Source: Macrostomum lignano
Taxonomy: Eukaryota
NCBI GenBank assembly: GCA_002269645.1
Contig: NIVC01000730.1
Span: 191,975 to 255,974 of the forward strand
Direction: 5' to 3'
DNA length: 64,000 nt
Positions within the stretch are counted from its first letter, which is position 1. Every line of letters begins with the position of its first letter. Shown piece after piece: positions 60,571-64,000 of the stretch. The notes under the pieces were generated by a model, which did not search any database, was not told the DNA's origin, and was given only the letters and a program-made list of their open reading frames with translations. The translations under genes were made by a program, and so were the position numbers.

Positions 60571-61029
60571 GCAGGTAAATCTAGCGATTACAAATAATGA
60601 TTTCCCAAATCTCTCAATTTTTCTCCGCGGCTAACAGCGAGAAAATAACTCGCCAAGAAGCCCGAACAAGAACAAACGACTACGCCTTCTCTCGGATGAT
60701 TGGTTCACCTAATTACCTTCAAAATGGCGCAGCTTGTTATGGGATTAATCGTATGCGATGCGCTCATTCTGAGTTCGTACTATAGAATACTATTAACATA
60801 ATTCTATACTGAGTGCGACCTAAAAGAGCCTGCTAAGTCCTGCTAAGTAAGCTATAGCTCGAAGCTCTGCTGCTCGAATCCTGAGTTCTTTAAAATCATG
60901 TGCTGAAGGTAGTGACTTCAGATTCTATAGAGATTCACTTATGTCCTACACATTTATTGTACAAGACACAGTAGAGAGTCACGCTCATGTGAAATAGATT
61001 CATTCCTGAGCTATGGAGAGTCACTCCTC

Positions 61030-61991
61030 TGCTATAGAGAGTCACTCCTGTGCTACTCACTCCTGTGCTATAGAGTCACTCCTGTGCTAGTCACTCCTGT
61101 GCTATAGTCACTCCTGTGCTATAGAGTCAATCCTGTGCTAGTCACTCCTGTGCTATAGAGTCACTCCTGTGCTACTCACTCCTGTGCTATAGAGTCACTC
61201 CTGTGCTATAGAGTCACTCCTGTGCTACTCACTCCTGGGCTATAGAGTCACTCCTGTGCTAGTCACTCCTGTGCTATAGTCACTCCTGTGCTATAGAGTC
61301 ACTCCTGTGCTACTCACTCCTGTGCTATAGAGTCACTCCTGTGCTATAGAGTCACTCCTGTGCTACTCACTCATGGGCTATAGAGTCACTCCTGTGCTAC
61401 TCACTCATGGGCTATAGAGTCACTCCTGTGCTAGTCACTCCTGTGCTATAGTCACTCCTGTGCTATAGAGTCACTCCTGTGCTAGTCACTCCTGTTCTAT
61501 AGAGTCACTCCTGTGCTATAGAGTCACTCCTGTGCTACTCACTCCTGTGCTATAGAGTCACTCCTGTGCTATAGAGTCACTCCTATGCTAATCACTCCTG
61601 TGCTATAGAGTCACTCCTGTGCTATAGAGGCACTCCTGTGCTAGTCACTCCTGTGCTATAGTCACTCCTGTGCTATAGAGTCACTCCTGTGCTATAGAGT
61701 CACTCCTGTGCTATAGAGTCACTCCTGTGCTAGTCACTCCTGTGCTATAGAGTCACTCCTGTGCTAGTCACTCCTGTGCTATAGAGTCACTCCTGTGCTA
61801 TAGAGTCACTCCTGTGCTATAGAGTCACTCCTGTGCTATAGAGTCACTCCTGTGCTAGTCACTCCTGTGCTATAGAGTCACTCCTGTGCTAGTCACTCCT
61901 GTGCTATAGAGTCACTCCTGTGCTATAGAGTCACTCCTGTGCTATAGAGTCACTCCTGTGCTATAGAGTCACTCCTGTGCTATAGAGTCAC
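61030..61991. repeat. 19-bp minisatellite (GAGTCACTCCTGTGCTATA) with 15/17-bp deletion variants
   Basis: ~52 units. Confidence 0.95.
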
Positions 61992-62071
61992 TCATATACT
62001 ATATTGATTCGTTTTCTATAAATTCGCCCTACAAACTCCAGAGCCAGACCCGCCCCAGCTGCATCTCTCAC

Positions 62072-62517
62072 CTGTATAGTCCGAACCAGCCTGCCGATGG
62101 TGCCCACCGACACTGTGGATTGCGGAGGCGGCTGCTGAGCTGCAGGCTCCGCCGCTGCCACCGCCGCCTGCTCCTCAACCGTAGCTTCATCGTCTCCAGC
62201 ATCCGAATCTTCATCGTCAAGAGCTTCGCTATCCCCGCTACTGGTGTCGCCTGGATTTTCTGAATCCTGCTCAGCAAATTCATCAACTTCCTCTTGATCC
62301 TCTTCAATCAAAATCCGATCGTCTTTCGAAGGTGCCGGAGTATCGCGTCTTCTAAAACTGCTGTCTGCAGCTTCCTCTTCCGCCGGTTCGCTCTCACCGC
62401 CTGGCTGTCCTCATCAATGACTAAGGTAACTACGCGTGGAGCTGATGCTCGATTGACGCTGTTTTGCGCTGTTGCGGGCAGCTGCTGGTCCAGTCTGGCA
62501 CTGGAGACACCGCTCAT
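62072..62517 (-). CDS. CNGA: Probable CNG channel exon 1 (acidic N-terminus), with an apparent 1-bp deletion near 62400
   Basis: ATG at 62517; acidic frame ends GTIGRLVRTIQ at a cag/gtgaga phase-0 donor. Joining to exon 2 gives GRLVRTIQSLHRWIHR, resembling the CNGA2/3 N-terminal amphipathic helix. One extra G at cag-gc restores a single frame (~803 aa total). Confidence 0.65.
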
Positions 62518-62964
62518 CCTGGCTAACAGCGACTGCCGTGTGTCATAGCGTCTTGCGCCTCTTCCCTAAATATCCCCCTTTTGCAGCTCAGAAATATCCA
62601 AAAACAGTCCCATCTCTTATCCAATCGGTGCACGGCTCGATCTCCAAACCCTGCTCTACTACCTAATCCGCTGTCCACCCGTCCCTAGCTCAGCATAGCG
62701 TACCGCGTTCCCAAGCGTGAGACAAACCTGGGCGGTCACTTTACTTAATTAGTAGCAGCAGCAGTACGTCCACTGCTGTCTCTCTCCGTCTGTCCCTCTA
62801 TAATACCCCTGCTTTCTTCTGAGTGATAAAAGATTTAGTATGAATCATGTTCGGGCACGCGTTCTTAGCGTGACATGCCCCGTATGCTGTACACATTTAC
62901 ATGTAAGTACATCAAGGCTGGTCGCCTCTGCTGCTGCGAATTCCGGTGGCTTTGAATTGATTGA

Positions 62965-63390
62965 TTATCCAGTGGCTTTCAACTAGATTATCCAGTGGCT
63001 TTGAACTAGATTATCCAATGGCTTTGAACTAGATTATCCAATGGCTTTGAACTAGATTATCCAGTGGCTTTGAACTAGATTATCCAGTGGCTTTGAACTA
63101 GATTATCCAGTGGCTTTGAACTAGATTATCCAGTGGCTTTGAACTAGATTATCGAATGGCTTTGAACTAGATTATCCAGTGGCTTTGAACTAGATTATCC
63201 AGTGGCTTTGAACTAGATTATCGAATGGCTTTGAACTAGATTATCCAGTGGCTTTGAACTAGATTATCCAGTGGCTTTGAACTAGATTATCGAATGACTT
63301 TGAACTAGATTATCCAGTGGCTTTGAACTAGATTATCCAGTGGCTTTGAACTAGATTATCCAGTGGCTTTGAACTAGATTATCCAGTGGC
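62965..63390. repeat. 23-bp minisatellite (CTAGATTATCCAGTGGCTTTGAA), ~18 units
   Basis: Read directly. Confidence 0.95.
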
Positions 63391-64000
63391 CATAAACTAA
63401 ATGTCCAATGACCCCAAACAAACAGAAAAGCTGTTTTCAAAAAATAAAAAGGCTTTAAACAACAAAAAAGTTTATTATAATGGTAAACACACACAACGTG
63501 CACTATTGTAATAACTTTATATTTGACTTATTGCAATATTTCTGAGATTAAAACAATACAAGTACGAAAAAAGCTGACAAACAAAACACCGGATTCATAT
63601 TATATACGCGTAATTATTTATTGTGAATAATTTTCTAGTCTATATAACAAAACTATCAGTCAATAATGCCGCAAAAACTAAAAAAACCCTAGTTCTTGTG
63701 AAGTAGTATTGCATTAACATTAGCAGTCTTGCAAACACAAAGCCTGATTATAGAATTATAAACAAACTGGAATCAATAAATCAGTATATAAATCAGAATG
63801 CTGACTTTAGTGAGCAAAATATTAATTATATATCAGTTGCATCAACAATGGGAGATGCCTTTCACCTTAATGCCTTGAAAGACGCTATCATTATTTATGC
63901 AGATATGAATCATGACCAACAAAAAAACTTATAAAAACCCACTGCAGCAAAAAACGTGATTAGTAAATTTTTCTAAACAAGCGCGTCGCATACTACTTAC

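Noticed and set aside
4181-63390. CRISPR-like appearance of the many short direct-repeat arrays
   Set aside because: Units are contiguous with no unique spacers, there are no cas genes, and the context is spliceosomal-intron eukaryotic DNA.

Overview
Eukaryotic (animal) genomic DNA, not prokaryotic. GC-rich exons, satellite-filled introns and TTAGGG repeats resemble a flatworm such as Macrostomum (inference, not proven). Bases 3.3-29.9 kb are a near-perfect tandem triplication of an ~8.85-kb non-coding unit built from Helitron/HINE-like pieces, minisatellites and tRNA-like heads, with an identical (ATT)n filler at both junctions. Both flanks of this block (~2.36-2.99 kb and ~30.4-34.26 kb) are almost devoid of CpG and rich in TAG/CTA. 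The right flank contains a hAT MITE, a long hairpin, a decayed mariner transposase and the first exon of an intact F-box gene, which suggests a RIP-like C-to-T mutation field. Five genes follow. On +: an F-box/LRR gene (3 exons), NDUFV3 (1 exon), an ATG-less PX-domain ORF that may take its start codon from a spliced leader, and a GALNT11-like gene lacking the lectin domain (3 exons). On -: a CNGA-type cyclic-nucleotide-gated channel (6 exons, 51385-62517). The channel's first intron holds a perfect RFX X-box and a minisatellite made of RFX half-sites. About 20 distinct minisatellite arrays, a pogo remnant, a second hAT MITE and a 1.7-kb foldback element fill introns and spacers. All counts are hand counts and approximate; no searches were run.
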